A stretch of DNA of 59,520 bases from Catajapyx aquilonaris (taxonomy: Eukaryota), in the NCBI GenBank assembly GCA_000934665.2, contig JYFJ02002309.1:1-59520 (forward strand), read 5' to 3'. Shown one piece after another: positions 37,285 through 49,281 of the stretch; the stretch's first letter is position 1, and each line of letters opens with the position of its first letter. The notes beneath the pieces were generated by a model. It searched no databases and was not told the DNA's origin. It saw nothing but the letters and a program-made list of their open reading frames with translations. The position numbers and the translations under genes are program-made.

Positions 37285-38001
37285 CTAAGCAAATATGTAA
37301 CCTAATGCACACAGCTTAATCTCAGCAATTTGCAAAGCAGCTATCATGGCGGGAATTTTTTTGAAATGAAAAAAACCGCCATATCTACCCATTTGATCGA
37401 AATTTTGGTTAGGAAATTGGCGAATATGAAAATATGGACAATCGTTATATTTTTTAAAAATACCGTACCAATCATTATGATCGATTTGAATTGGATGCAT
37501 TTCTTCCATTACGCCATCATCACTGGGTCCTTTTAAAAAATGTGTAAATACTCGAAATGTCATCAACAACAAAATGTACATACTCTCGGGGGCCAGCTTG
37601 GGTAAGACGATAGCTTTGCGCTTAGTTGCAGCCGGTAAATATTTCCCTAAAATATAATAGGTTTTAATTTGAAGCAAACAAACTGAATAGACTTACGTGT
37701 AGGAGAGGGCTTGTTTTCATCATCCGAATCGTCAAAAAAGCGGGGTTTTGGCTTGCGAGTAATTTTTGGTGCTATAATTTCATCTTCGCATTCCAAGTCT
37801 GTAGGCTTGCGGGTAGACTTGGGCAACTTAATTTCTCCTTCTTCTTCTTCGGAATCTTCGTATTCGATTAATCGGACTTGTTGGACAGATTTGCGGAGCG
37901 TTCCTATCATAAGATATTAATGAAAAAACGAAAACGTTTTAAATGCGTGACTTACCAGATGAAGGTCCTGCCATAGATGGAGCCTGTTTTTTCGGGGGCA
38001 T
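37285..38001 (-). CDS. PC4/Sub1-like ssDNA-binding protein, 4 predicted exons
   Basis: TATAAAAA at 38073-38080; MPPKKQAPS..|gtaagt; acidic/Lys-rich N-terminus; then DWYGIFKKYNDCPYFHIRQF..GRYGGFFHFKKIPAMIAAL, resembling the PC4 pattern V..F.G...IDIREY..G.KG. Confidence 0.6.
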
Positions 38002-38297
38002 GTTGAGAAGGACACAGTTTACACACTTGGGAGGGACTGGGAAAAGTTACATGCACACATAGAGTGCAAGTGTTTTTATACTAATAGGAAACAATGTAGG
38101 GAAAACCCAATGTTTTTTCGCGAAAACATCCAGATGTGACCTCAATTGAGCAAACAATAACTTGGAAAGGCTCTACAGATGTGACCTCATAGTATGACAG
38201 AAATGATTGTTAGGGTGACACAATGAGAACAGATACAACCTTGATGTAATGCGTATAAATTCTAAGGAGAAAAAAGTAGCCCGTAAGAGAGTTAACA
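38002..38297. promoter_or_regulatory. Divergent promoter between PC4-like gene and pPolB
   Basis: Opposing TATA boxes (38073-38080 minus, 38254-38260 plus) and an exact direct repeat CAGATGTGACCTCA at 38131-38144 and 38176-38189. Confidence 0.6.
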
Positions 38298-41200
38298 ATG
38301 AGTAAGGTGCATGGGTGTGATCTATGCGATGCAAGGTTCGTCTCGAGTCACCAATTATTACAACATTTAAACACCAATCACCAATGTAATTTTTGCAATG
38401 CGACCTTTGCAAACCTCGAGGAGTTGAGAGCGCATCGTCAGACTGCACATCCCATACCAAATGTGGTAAGAAATTGGGTTTTAAAAATAATTTCGTGTCA
38501 TTAATTAACATAATTAGCCAGGATTTGTGCTGGTGAAGAAGAAGGTGAGATTGTGGCATATTTTCACACAAACTTTGAAATTATATATCGTCATTCTAAT
38601 AGGGAAGATGTGATCAAGAGGATGGTGGAAAAGATAATACGGCCATTTCAAATTTTGAGAGCAAGGGATCTAATTGGTTTTTAAAGAATTTTGAATATTT
38701 AGATATTGTAGCGGGGAAATATGTCGCTTGGCGAGCAGGGTGTTTTATCCAAATCCCCAAGGAATTGGTGAACAAGAGAGCCTTAATTAATGTACACGCA
38801 CCCGAAGACAAATGTTTTCTGTATAGTGTTGCCGCGGGTTTAATGAGACCTAGTGAGCATGCGAATCGTCCCAGACAATATGAGACGCTCATTGAGAGCT
38901 AGAATGTTTCAAATTTAATTTTTCCCATCTCTATAAAGGATGTTGGTAAATTTGAGAAGAGAAATTCCATCTCTGTAAATATTTTTGGGTATGAAAATCA
39001 TGTAATTTTTCCTTTGAGGGTAACTCAAGTAGACATGCCAGAACATGTAAATCTCCTATTGTTTGAGCAAAATGACTCGCGACATTTTTGCACCATCTCA
39101 GACCTAAGCAGGTTGCTGGCAACAGGTCGAGAATCTGGGAGATATAACTGCCGTTATTGTTTACTTCGCTTTAAGAAGCCTTGCCAGGATCATGAATTGC
39201 ATTGCAAACAGTTTGATTTGCAGAAAACAAGCATGCCAAAAAATCCCATGCTAACTTTTAAAAATGTTCACAAACAGTTGCGAAAAAGTTTTGTGGTATA
39301 TGCAGATTTTGAATGTTTTATTACCGAGTCGAACAAACACGTGCCGCATAGTTATGCATACGTCATAATTAATGCCCGCGGAAGAGTGCACAAGTTTTGT
39401 TTATATCGTGGTCCAAAGGCAGTGAATCGCTTCTTAAAAAGTTTAGAGGCAGATGTAAACAGTCTCGTGCCAAAAATTCAGCAGCATCGGAAAAGGCGGG
39501 CAGGTATAGAGGAGGGGGAGGAGGAGCCTGAAATGTGTCATATTTGTGAGCAAGAATTCCAGTCTAACGATGAAATCGTTGTTGATCACGACCATAATTC
39601 AGGAGTTTTCAGTGGTTATGCACATAAAAAATGCAACTTGTCTTTTCGCCTCGATTCAAAGATTCCAATTTTTTCCACAACTTTGGCAGGTACGACTCGC
39701 ACTTTATAATTAGAGAAATGGCTGGCACGAATGCTAGAATAGAAATAATTACGCGTAATTCGGAACAAGTTATTTGTATGATAGTGAATGAAATGTGTTT
39801 TCTGGATAGTTTCAAGTTTTTATCCACAAGTTTAGAGAAACTAGTTCAAAATCTTGTTTCTGACCAACACGATTTCTCCATTGTTAAACAAGTGGTCAAA
39901 GACACGACCTTGGCGCAATGTTTTTTACGTAAAGGCGTTTTTCCTTATGAATTTGTTAATGATTGGGAGAGTTTGAATGAGATGGCCTTGCCAGGGAGAG
40001 AAGCCTTTTATTCCAAGTTGACTGGGCGTGGCATTACACAGGAAGATTACGATTTTGCACAACATGTGTGGAGAGTGGCAAATGGCAAGGATTTAGGGCA
40101 ATATTCGGATAATTATCTTCAAGCTGATGTCCTTTTACTTTCAGAAATATTTGAGGCATTTAGAAAATTGAGTCTGGCTACATACGGATTAGATCCTGCT
40201 CATTATTTATCTCTCCCAGGCCTGACCTTGGACGCGTGTCTGAAAAAACTAAAATCAGTGTCGAGCTGTTTTCTCATCCGGACCTTTACATTTTCGTTGA
40301 ACAAGGAATTCGCGGAGGGTTATCGATTATAGGACAAAGATTATTCCAGGCGAATAATCCTTATATGGGGAAAAATTATGATGCAACCAAACCTACGTCA
40401 TATGTTGCGTATGTCGATGTGAATAACCTTTATGGCAACTCTCAAACGTTATATCTGCCTGTAGGACATTTTTATTGGGGCGATCCAAAAGATTTTGATG
40501 AATGGATTCGTAATAATGCTGTAGACGTGGCGGATGACTGAGGTGGGGTACATGTTACGAGTTGATTTATACTATCCTGCACACCTGCATAAGACGCATT
40601 CTTGCTATCCCTTGGCGCCAGAAAAATTAATTGTGAAAGACGAATGGTTGTCAGACTTTCAACTTACCATGAGTGGACGCAAAGCACCTTCAAAAATTTC
40701 AAAACTGGTTCCATCTCTGTTTCATAAAAAGAACTATATTGTTGACTATATATGTCTGAAGCTGTACTTGAAGCACGGTTTAAAATTAACTGCCATACAT
40801 AGAGTATTGCAATATAAACAGGCCCCCATTTTAAGAGAGTACATTGAACTTAACAATGGGTTACGAAAGGATGCAAAAAATGAATTTGAAAAAGCGCAAT
40901 TTAAATTATTAAATAATGCACTTTACGGAAAGTGTTTAGAAAACATTAGAAATCGAAGCATTTTCACTCTGATTACCCAGCATAAAAATCTCGCTCGACA
41001 CATGAATGCTCCTTCCCTCCAAAGGGCAATAATTTTAGCCAAAGATTTGGTTTTGGTGCAAAAACGCAAACTTTGTGTGGAATTATGTAAACCTATAATT
41101 ATCGGGTTCACCATTCTCGAATCAAGCAAATAATTAATGTATGAATATCATTATGAATTCATTCGGCCATTATATAAAGATAAATGTGTCCTGCTTATGT

Positions 41201-41673
41201 CTGATACAGACTCCTTCGCGTACGGAATTGAAACACAAGATTTGTACGAGGATATGCAGGCAAACAGCGAGCGCTATGATTTTTCAAACTATCCAAAAAA
41301 CCATAAATTATTCGACGACAGTCGTAAATCTAAACTGGGTTTGATGAAGGATGAAAATGCTGGGCAAATCGCCATATCTTTCGTAGGATTACGACCGAAA
41401 TGTTATAGCATTGAATTGGATGATGGTAGTGAAAAGCGCGCGTCAAAAGGCACTAGTCGCTCTGCCAAGCTCCGTCATGACGTGTATAAGCAAGTTTTAA
41501 ATAATCAGGTTGCAATCTATCGAAATGAGGTGCACATTCGGAGCAAAAAACACGTTGTCTCCACTGAAACCCTGTCCAAGGTCGCTTTACAACCATATGA
41601 TGATAAAAAATATATTCACGACGATGGTATCACCACTACATTTCTGGGTCATGTAGAAAATGCTAAGAAATAA
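38298..41673 (+). pseudogene. Near full-length Maverick pPolB (2x C2H2 fingers, EndoVII, exonuclease, polymerase), disabled
   Basis: CDLC..H..H/CNFC..H..H exon; YADFEC; CHICE..DHDHNSG..AHKKCN; HNFGRYDSHF; YVDVNNLYG; KLLNNALYGK; SDTDS; GLMKDE; YDDKK. Stops at ~38899 and 41131, frameshifts near 39670, 40245 and 40535. Confidence 0.95.
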
Positions 41674-41699
41674 AAAATTTCCTCTATATGTTTATTTTT

Positions 41700-42462
41700 T
41701 TATATGCTTACATCATCCTCTTCCCACCCAACATTTGGCGATTGCAGCGGTGAAGAAACAGCCTCTTCACTCGACGCCTCAGGCACACCAAGGTCAGCAA
41801 GGGGTGTCTCCATGGAAGAGGGGGGAATAGGCTCGATGTACGCGATGGTGAGGAGCCTCACTGACAGGGACTCGGCCCAATTAGCAATCATCGTGACTCT
41901 TGAAATTGCACAATCATGTTGCAGATGGCAGCTCTTGGCATTGGCAGCGAAATAGGTCTTCAGGGTGTTGAAATCGGGGCATTGAAGCGTATCCACGTTG
42001 ACTACCACCCGTCTTAAATATGTCTCCAACATTTCACACTGCACAATCCCTGTAAAAATTTGAAAAATCCTCTAAACTGTCCCGAAGTTTGCACTTTTTT
42101 GTATCATTCTGCCAATAAAAGCGTGCTCACTTTGAGCAAGTGAAAAAATCGTGATTTGACGGCATAAAAAGTGATAAGAGACAGTACCTTTCGAGTAGAC
42201 TGTTGCATGATTCAGAGTGGCTTCAGTCAAACATCTGCCAATGTTGTAATTGGGCACAAATCCGGATGTAAAGAGAATCCCTGAAATGTAGTTTCTCGTT
42301 TGCAAATTTGAACATAAAATGGTGCTGCCCCGCAGGACAACGGAATATCCAATGATTTGTCTCGGCCGGATGAGTTCCTATGGTTAAAGTGGCTTCTTTC
42401 GGAAATAGCACCCCATCTGCATTTACGTAACAATGCGACTCAATGATTACACCTGGTTCCAT
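41700..42462 (-). pseudogene. DEDD-like gene, most complete copy (spliced), convergent with pPolB
   Basis: MEPGVIIESHCY..FPKEA..NHWIFR..VYSKG|intron|..NVDTLQCPDFNTL..C.LQHDCAISRV..W. Confidence 0.65.
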
Positions 42463-42633
42463 GGTGGTAGACTGTTGGCCGAAAACACCCTTTCCTTGAT
42501 ATAGGTTTTTGCGTGTTGTGCGTGCGCACTCACCCGGAAGTCTTGTTGTCAGATAGAATAATGGAACGGTCTCTATTGCAGTCGATTTATTCAATATACA
42601 ATACTCTTCTGCTACTAACAATGGAGCTGTTTA

Positions 42634-43376
42634 TCAATATTTTTGTTCGCCCATAACAAGTGGAATTATGGGCAGTGGGGCTGGTATTGGGATCTTATTA
42701 TCCCTCTTTTTCTCCTTTTTAGATATGCTACGAATCTTAAATTGCAGCCCCGATAGTTCTAACCACAATTCTTCAGGTTGAGACATTTCACAAAGGAAAC
42801 TAATGGGAATACCGATACAGGGTGCGTCGGCCCACATAAACTCGTGTGCGTGTGAGAGCATGACGCAATGTTCCAGTGAACCAGTATTTGAGGGCTGGGT
42901 TTTTCCCCAACCGTGATATTTAAGCGCTTGTTTGTTAGCCTCCCACACATAGGCTCCTTCATGACCAATGTCGTAAGCCCCAATATACAGATGCGTAGGG
43001 AAATCCTCTAAAAATATAAAAAGTATCAGCAATGCATACATTACAATTTTTTTTTTAAACTTACTTTGCACCAAAAAATTCACTATTGCTCTATGTTCAT
43101 CAGCCGTATCGATCATTGCTAAATGGGAGTTCATATTGGCACAAATTTCTGAGGACTGGAACCAATTAGCAACATGGGTAGACGATGAATAATAGCAACC
43201 CGTTCCGATACTCGTAAACGGAGATCTACACTCCTCTTGCGCTAGAAATAATAAAGAAACCTCTCCAACCCCCCATCACTAATAAAAAATCGTTTATACT
43301 TACAGTTTGCGTTTTGCAGCAGGAGAAGAGCAGTTGTAAAGAGTAGCAACATTTTCGTATTGTTGGTGATCTTCAT
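42634..43376 (-). CDS. Secreted C-type lectin gene, copy 3 (spliced, partly damaged)
   Basis: MLLLFTTALLLLQNANC; ICANMNSHLAMID; LYIGAYDIGHEGAYVWE..WGKTQPSNTGSLEHCV..WADAPC..FLCE. Confidence 0.85.
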
Positions 43377-43390
43377 TCTCGTCTTCTCCT

Positions 43391-43978
43391 TTATATGCTC
43401 ATGTGTACATACGGGCTGCTTTCATATGGTTTGACTTGCGCATACCATTTCGGGTTGTAGAACTCGATTGCTGGGATCCCGTCTGTCGAGATCAATTGCT
43501 TCGAGGTGAAGGGACCTCCCAGAGAAATGATACCTGAGAAGACAGTGGACATACAGTTTAACATCGAGGGCTGATTATCAGAATATATACACTTACTCTT
43601 TTTCGGGGTGTGGTGGATCGCTTTTTTAGCTCGCTTCGCCTTCGGCTGCTTGCAATCTACAACCACCACTTCCTCTTCCTCCTCCTCTTCCACCGCCTCA
43701 TTATCGGCTTCATCGTCTTCATGTTCATCATCACTAATAACTATATGAGAACAATATTAAATAAGATTAAAGAAGTCTCTAAAATCTATCTCCTTACTAT
43801 TATTGATTCCGATTCATCCTCTTCTTTATCCTCCAGTATACGCTTTCGACATGTCGCCTTTCCTTCTTGCTTTACGGTTACGGCTACACAACAATGATAA
43901 ATGTTATTAACACTGTATCAGGTTATAGTAATAGTACCTACCGCTCTTACGGCTCTTGCGAAGGTTATTCTTCGGCAT
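43391..43978 (-). pseudogene. Further PC4-like gene (spliced, truncated within the PC4 domain)
   Basis: TATA/Inr at ~44050/44005; MPKNNLRKSRKS|gt; acidic/basic exons; GIPAIEFYNPKWYAQVKPYESSPYVH. Confidence 0.5.
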
Positions 43979-44087
43979 CTTGCTGTGGGTGTGGTGGCTA
44001 ACACTGAAATGAGCCCTTTTCTGCTTCATGTCAGGGACAGCCCATATATAAAACTATTCTTATGGCCCGTATCTTGAAGTACTCTTT

Positions 44088-45411
44088 TCATGTTATACTT
44101 GGATGAGTTTCCAGCAAATGAATAATCCATCCAATTGTACTACACATTGCGAATTTACAGATGCAACAATAGTAGCTATTCACATTCAGATGTGTAGCCA
44201 AATGTGCACGCAAGGATATTAACGGATTTACGTGATACCCGCAATCTATCATGGGGCATCTATCGGCCGTATCAAAACAAGTCCTTGACTTCTGCCGTGG
44301 AATCACTTCTACACCTACCGGAGATGATTTCAATACGTCGATCATTGCAACGGTGTGAGGAGAATGGACATAATTGGAGGATACCCACATTGGCTTCTTT
44401 CCTGGTACTGACACCTTGATGGCCTGTTGGTCTCTTGCCCAAGTCCACCTCGGCCTTGAGACGTAGCTTGTTGGGATGTTCTGGGGTCCTGATATGCTTG
44501 GTCCGTATACCACTGTACTACTGTCGTCTGTTGATGGATAGTTCAACCTTACTTTTACTGCTGTTTCTTCCATCAATGGTCCTAACCCCATTTCCTCCAG
44601 ACTGCTTTTGACCTGGGCTGGATTCATTGTGTATATATGGCTCAAACGAGCGGAACAGTCTTTGAAACTCATGCCACATCGCGGACCGCTCACAGCCTCC
44701 ACAGCATCCATTGGGCTCACCATCACCCTCGTCATCATGCCATTCCGGACCTAAGCCCGTCTTCAAATCATCAAAACCACCATCAATCTTTTTTTGCTCA
44801 AACGCTTCTGAACTGAAAACCTCTCCCTTCTTGTCTTTCCCCTGCGCCGCTTGCTTGTTATCTCTCTTCTTCGTTTCTGAAGGCTTGTTCCGCGTCTCCT
44901 TCTTGTCGTGATTTCCGTCTTCTTTCTTCGGCGTGACTAACACGCTTTTCTTAATGGTGTGCGAGGGGCTGGCGTTGCGCCTGTCGCGCCTTCTTTCTTC
45001 CTCCGGTATGACCTTGAATCCTTCAAAAGAAAAATCAATTTTAACCTCACGGTTAAACTGATCAACGTATTTCTGCGGGACGAAGGCTAGGTATTCAGCC
45101 TCGCTGTTTCCCACTTTTACCCACCGAAGTAAAATCTCATGATCAAACATCTTTGCCCGATGAATCGGACCACAATGTATCCTATTCTCATCGACCATTA
45201 AGTGGATTCCAAGATATGGAATAGCCACTGCAGCTGGTTTGTTCAAACAGAGAGCGAAAGGTATCCTCTCGCTCTTCACATATTTTTTCCTAAACGTTAT
45301 GTCTTCTAACCGTCCGCCAAATCCTTCCAGATATGTGCTGTCACCATAGACACACCCAAACTTGGTAAGGACGAAGAGGTGGAAAGAGTGCTGATCACCC
45401 TGGGACGTCAT
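44088..45411 (-). CDS. Two overlapping orphan ORFs (297 aa; 216 aa with two C2H2-like fingers)
   Basis: Long stop-free frames; CPMIDCGY..LRAHLATH and CCICKF..WIIHLLETH. Confidence 0.45.
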
Positions 45412-45500
45412 CTTTTTTTAATGACTTGTATGGTGCAATTATGCATAAGTTATATGAAAAAGAACAACGCTACCTCACAATGTTAAATTTTACTAGTCAT

Positions 45501-45888
45501 TTAACTACGTATAGGTGGAGACTGAGAGGGTCCAACAGTATATTTACTGTAAATCTCTGCTTATCAACTAAATCGTTATATTGGACTTTTCACATACAGA
45601 AAGTGTAGTTCAGATCATAAAATCACACGTTGAGTCAGCATATTCCGACTGAGAATTTTTAAAAATCAAAAGTTACATCACGTTGGAGCCGCTCAGGCTT
45701 CACCTACGAGATAGAACCAGAGCGGTTCCAGGAGGGATCTGTTCCTTGTCACGATAAAAATTTCATTCATTTTCATCCTTATGATTTTTTTCTGACAAAG
45801 TTATGGAAGGATAGGGGAAAATTCAGTTAAAATGTTAGATACGTTTAAATAGTGGTCGGAGCCTCTCAGGCTCCACCTACGTAGTTAA
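45501..45888. mobile_element. MITE-like element bounded by ~30-bp imperfect inverted repeats ending in TTAA
   Basis: TTAACTACGTATAGGTGGAGACTGAGAGGGTCC versus GGAGCCTCTCAGGCTCCACCTACGTAGTTAA; a third internal copy at 45685-45708. Confidence 0.5.
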
Positions 45889-48800
45889 GGGTTACGACAA
45901 ATAGGACAAACTAAAAAATTTGGGGCGACACTTTGAATAAGCTAATCGGACTTCGTGGTCAGAAATATAGGGCATGGGGTCGCTTCCATATACCAACAGC
46001 GGGGAATCGTTAAACTGCTGTAATTTGACATGAGTTGGAATTATCACAAATTTTTGCAGATGTCTACGGATATTTATCAATGGAACATGGGTTGAGGCAA
46101 GTTCCTAAATTAATTTCCAAACAGACTCGAAATCCGAGAAGTGTCGGCCAACGGTTAGGCCGGTTTAAAATACACTGAATAACTATTAGGAAATAGTGCT
46201 AGACAAATCGCTGTACTTCGCGGGAAATAAATGGGTTTGGGTTCAGATGTACGGCATGTAGCATTACTGATCCTCGCTACACAGGCAAGGGCGGGGGCGT
46301 AGGAGGACTTGCTGTGGCCCTGATGTCACCACCAGCACGATGCGAACCATTGTTTCTGCTCACGGTACCTGATGCCCGTCCTTCCGGGCCACGGAGGATT
46401 GGTTCTAAGCTGTAGAACCCAGCACCATCCACTGAGACATATCGTCCGACCGACACGTAGGCTTCTCGTTTGCACAGCCCGCAGTGAACGCCAACCACTG
46501 AACCACAACAATGGGGACAATAGACACGAAACCGAACAAGTGCTGACATTATCACCATACAATTGCTTTATTACACAGTGTGTAAGTTTACCTTTTCTAC
46601 ATGAGACTGAAAAATACATACACAACGTTTAATTATTTTGCAGTAAATTATACAGTAGTATTACCCGGCTCTTTGGTATTACCAATACAAGTCTGTCTTT
46701 TTTCCTGCCAATTTCTGTAGCATATACACGATTGCGTGTATGACACGTATAGGCTTTGGTGGGGGGCAAATACAAATAAAACCACCGTAATAATTGATTC
46801 ACAGGGATTTTTTTAAAAAAAATCACACCACTTTGCTGACCATCGTCATTCATCTATGATTGGGAGGAATGAAGATGTTTTGGGTGAAGTCGTATCCCGG
46901 ACACCCCGCTTCGCGACACATGGATACAAAGTCGGCGAATTGATGAAATTCCCACCATTCCCCTCGTATGTGGTCCCGCACATGTTCCTCCCAGGCAGTG
47001 GAGAAAAGTTGATGGTTGATCAGCTGTTCGTATAGGGGATCCGAAGAGACAATTGCGTCTGTGCCTTTCGGTTGAATGCCTTGGGCAGCAAAGGGCCGTA
47101 CCGCCGTAACTGCCCAAGTAACACTGAATTGTCGCATGATGATCGCCGAGCTTTCGCCGCGGTGATGCGCGATAACGCCCTAAAAATATGTGCGAGATAA
47201 TCCCAGGATAACATCGTACCGATGTTACTCTGAATATAATTTCCTGATGCCTTCAAGTCACTGCCCAAGAATTATCTATAAAGCAAGAGGGAAAGTATAT
47301 CGCCCAGACATTATGCCAGTGCGGCCATGAATATCTCCTCTCCGTTATCTTAGCTCCATGGCCAGGATATCCCCAGCGCGATCGTTTACAGAGGGACTGG
47401 ACATCTAATTGCTGTTATCCGCGTTCCATCATTGAACTATCGATGCTGAGAAAATTTCACCGGTCCATTTCTGCTCACCTCCCCGTCATTTGTGATCCAA
47501 CACCAATCTATTGCTACGGCGATGTTTCTCTTTGCAGGTGGTTGACGACACCCTGTCATTTGTTCTATATCGCCCCTGAATCTCTCAGGCGATCTGGTCA
47601 CGTGATTGATGTAAATGATGTACGTGCTGACGTCATCAGTTTCCGCCTGATGGTTCATGTAGTGGACCTCGCCGCACCAATCGTACCATCATCCGTGATC
47701 CATTTCCAGCATGTCGTAAGGGCGATATTTTCAGCCAATTTAGTGCGTCTTGCCACACGTTATCTGTGGTCTATCGCTCCCATATCGCCAAGGCGGTCCA
47801 GTTCGGTTGATGTGGAGCTCGAAACCAATGTTATCAGTGATCAATCGCTAAGGTATCATCATTGCTATTAACATGGCCTAAACTACCTTCTCGATAGCCT
47901 GTAATCTTTGCCACATTCCTTTTCCATCGCCAAGGCGAACTTTTCCTGCAGTTATAGATATCGGTACCTAATTAGAAATGCCCTATCTCAAACATATTGC
48001 CAGAGCGAGATTTTCCACACAGTTCCGCCAGTCCCCCAGCACCCTAACCCCGCCAACCCCAGCCACCTCCGCGACCCGCCTTCGCCTGCCCTTAGTTTTG
48101 AATTTGAATCAGCAACGGCCAATCGCCATCCGTGTCTCTCTCAGAGGGGAAAACCCTTGCTGGCTTCCGCCAGATCCCAACGGCCAAGTCCGCACTACGC
48201 CACAATAGCAGTGCCTGCCTAACCTTGCACAACTATGGCGAGCGAGAGCTAACGAAGACCAGACAAAGGCGGTAAATGCCCTAGGAGTGCATTCCAAGGC
48301 AAAAGGTGAGCGTAATAATGATTATTTTAGTCTCTGATGTGTTATTAGCCTATGTTTCACGTTACTGGACAGGATCAACATTCCTCCCTGGGGCAACCAA
48401 CCTTGATGGTTCGCCACTGAATCTGACAAAGAAAGTGAGGTTCCAGCAGTTTACACAAATAACCAGATTACTACATGGTGAGTATACACGTGTAGAATTG
48501 CTTTAAACTGTTGCATAGAAGTAGTCAGTCCTATTTACATGCTAAATACTGTGCTTTCCAGAGTCTTCAAAGATGGTAGTAAAAGTGAAGAATCCAACTG
48601 AAAAGGATGTAGAAACCTACATTAAATCCTGGCTCCTTCACTTCAAAGACAGGATCTCTCACCGCCCACACGGATCATCAAATCAGAACAACGCTACAGG
48701 ACAGGCATCAACAGAATGACATTATTTAGTGCATCATTCAGATAAAAAGGGTTGTGATATTCAGGTCAGTAAAAGGGGATGTGATGCTAAGTGCTGTAAG

Positions 48801-49281
48801 GCGAGGATTCGGAGTTGTGCTCTGCAGCTGGAGTGATTTTTGAGGGGGTGGTGCTCATCATATTTTTTCATTATCCCACAATACATACGTTTCGGGGGGG
48901 GGGGGNGGGGAAGACCAACCCGACAGAGGTAAGGAAATCATCATTACAGTAATTGTTTTGTGTTTGATTATAATTTTTTGTATTTACTTCATTATTTCAC
49001 TTTGTGTACGGTACTCGGTACCGAATATTCTAGCCTTAAAAAGTTGGCCGCTGTATAAGTTGGTAACAGATAATATTTCCTAATTTATAAATTTTGTAAC
49101 TTCTCGATTTCGGTTAAACATTGGAGTCCCCATATTGGAAAGGCATATAACACGCTATGGGAAGTACAAAGTCTTAAAATAAAATGTATGTGATGAGGAT
49201 TTGGGGTTTTGGATGAGGTTGGAGTACTAATACTTGTATTGTCTAACCATTTCTGTTTGTTGATTATTCCAATTAAACTAT

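Noticed and set aside
30650..44050. Intact active Maverick, or a natively capsid-less element
   Set aside because: pPolBs carry stops, frameshifts and deletions, and no TIR/TSD was found. Protease and fiber remnants at 11.4-13.3 kb argue against concluding that capsids are natively absent.
48890..48912. G-run as a G-quadruplex or regulatory site
   Set aside because: Homopolymer containing an ambiguous base (n); sequence quality is doubtful.
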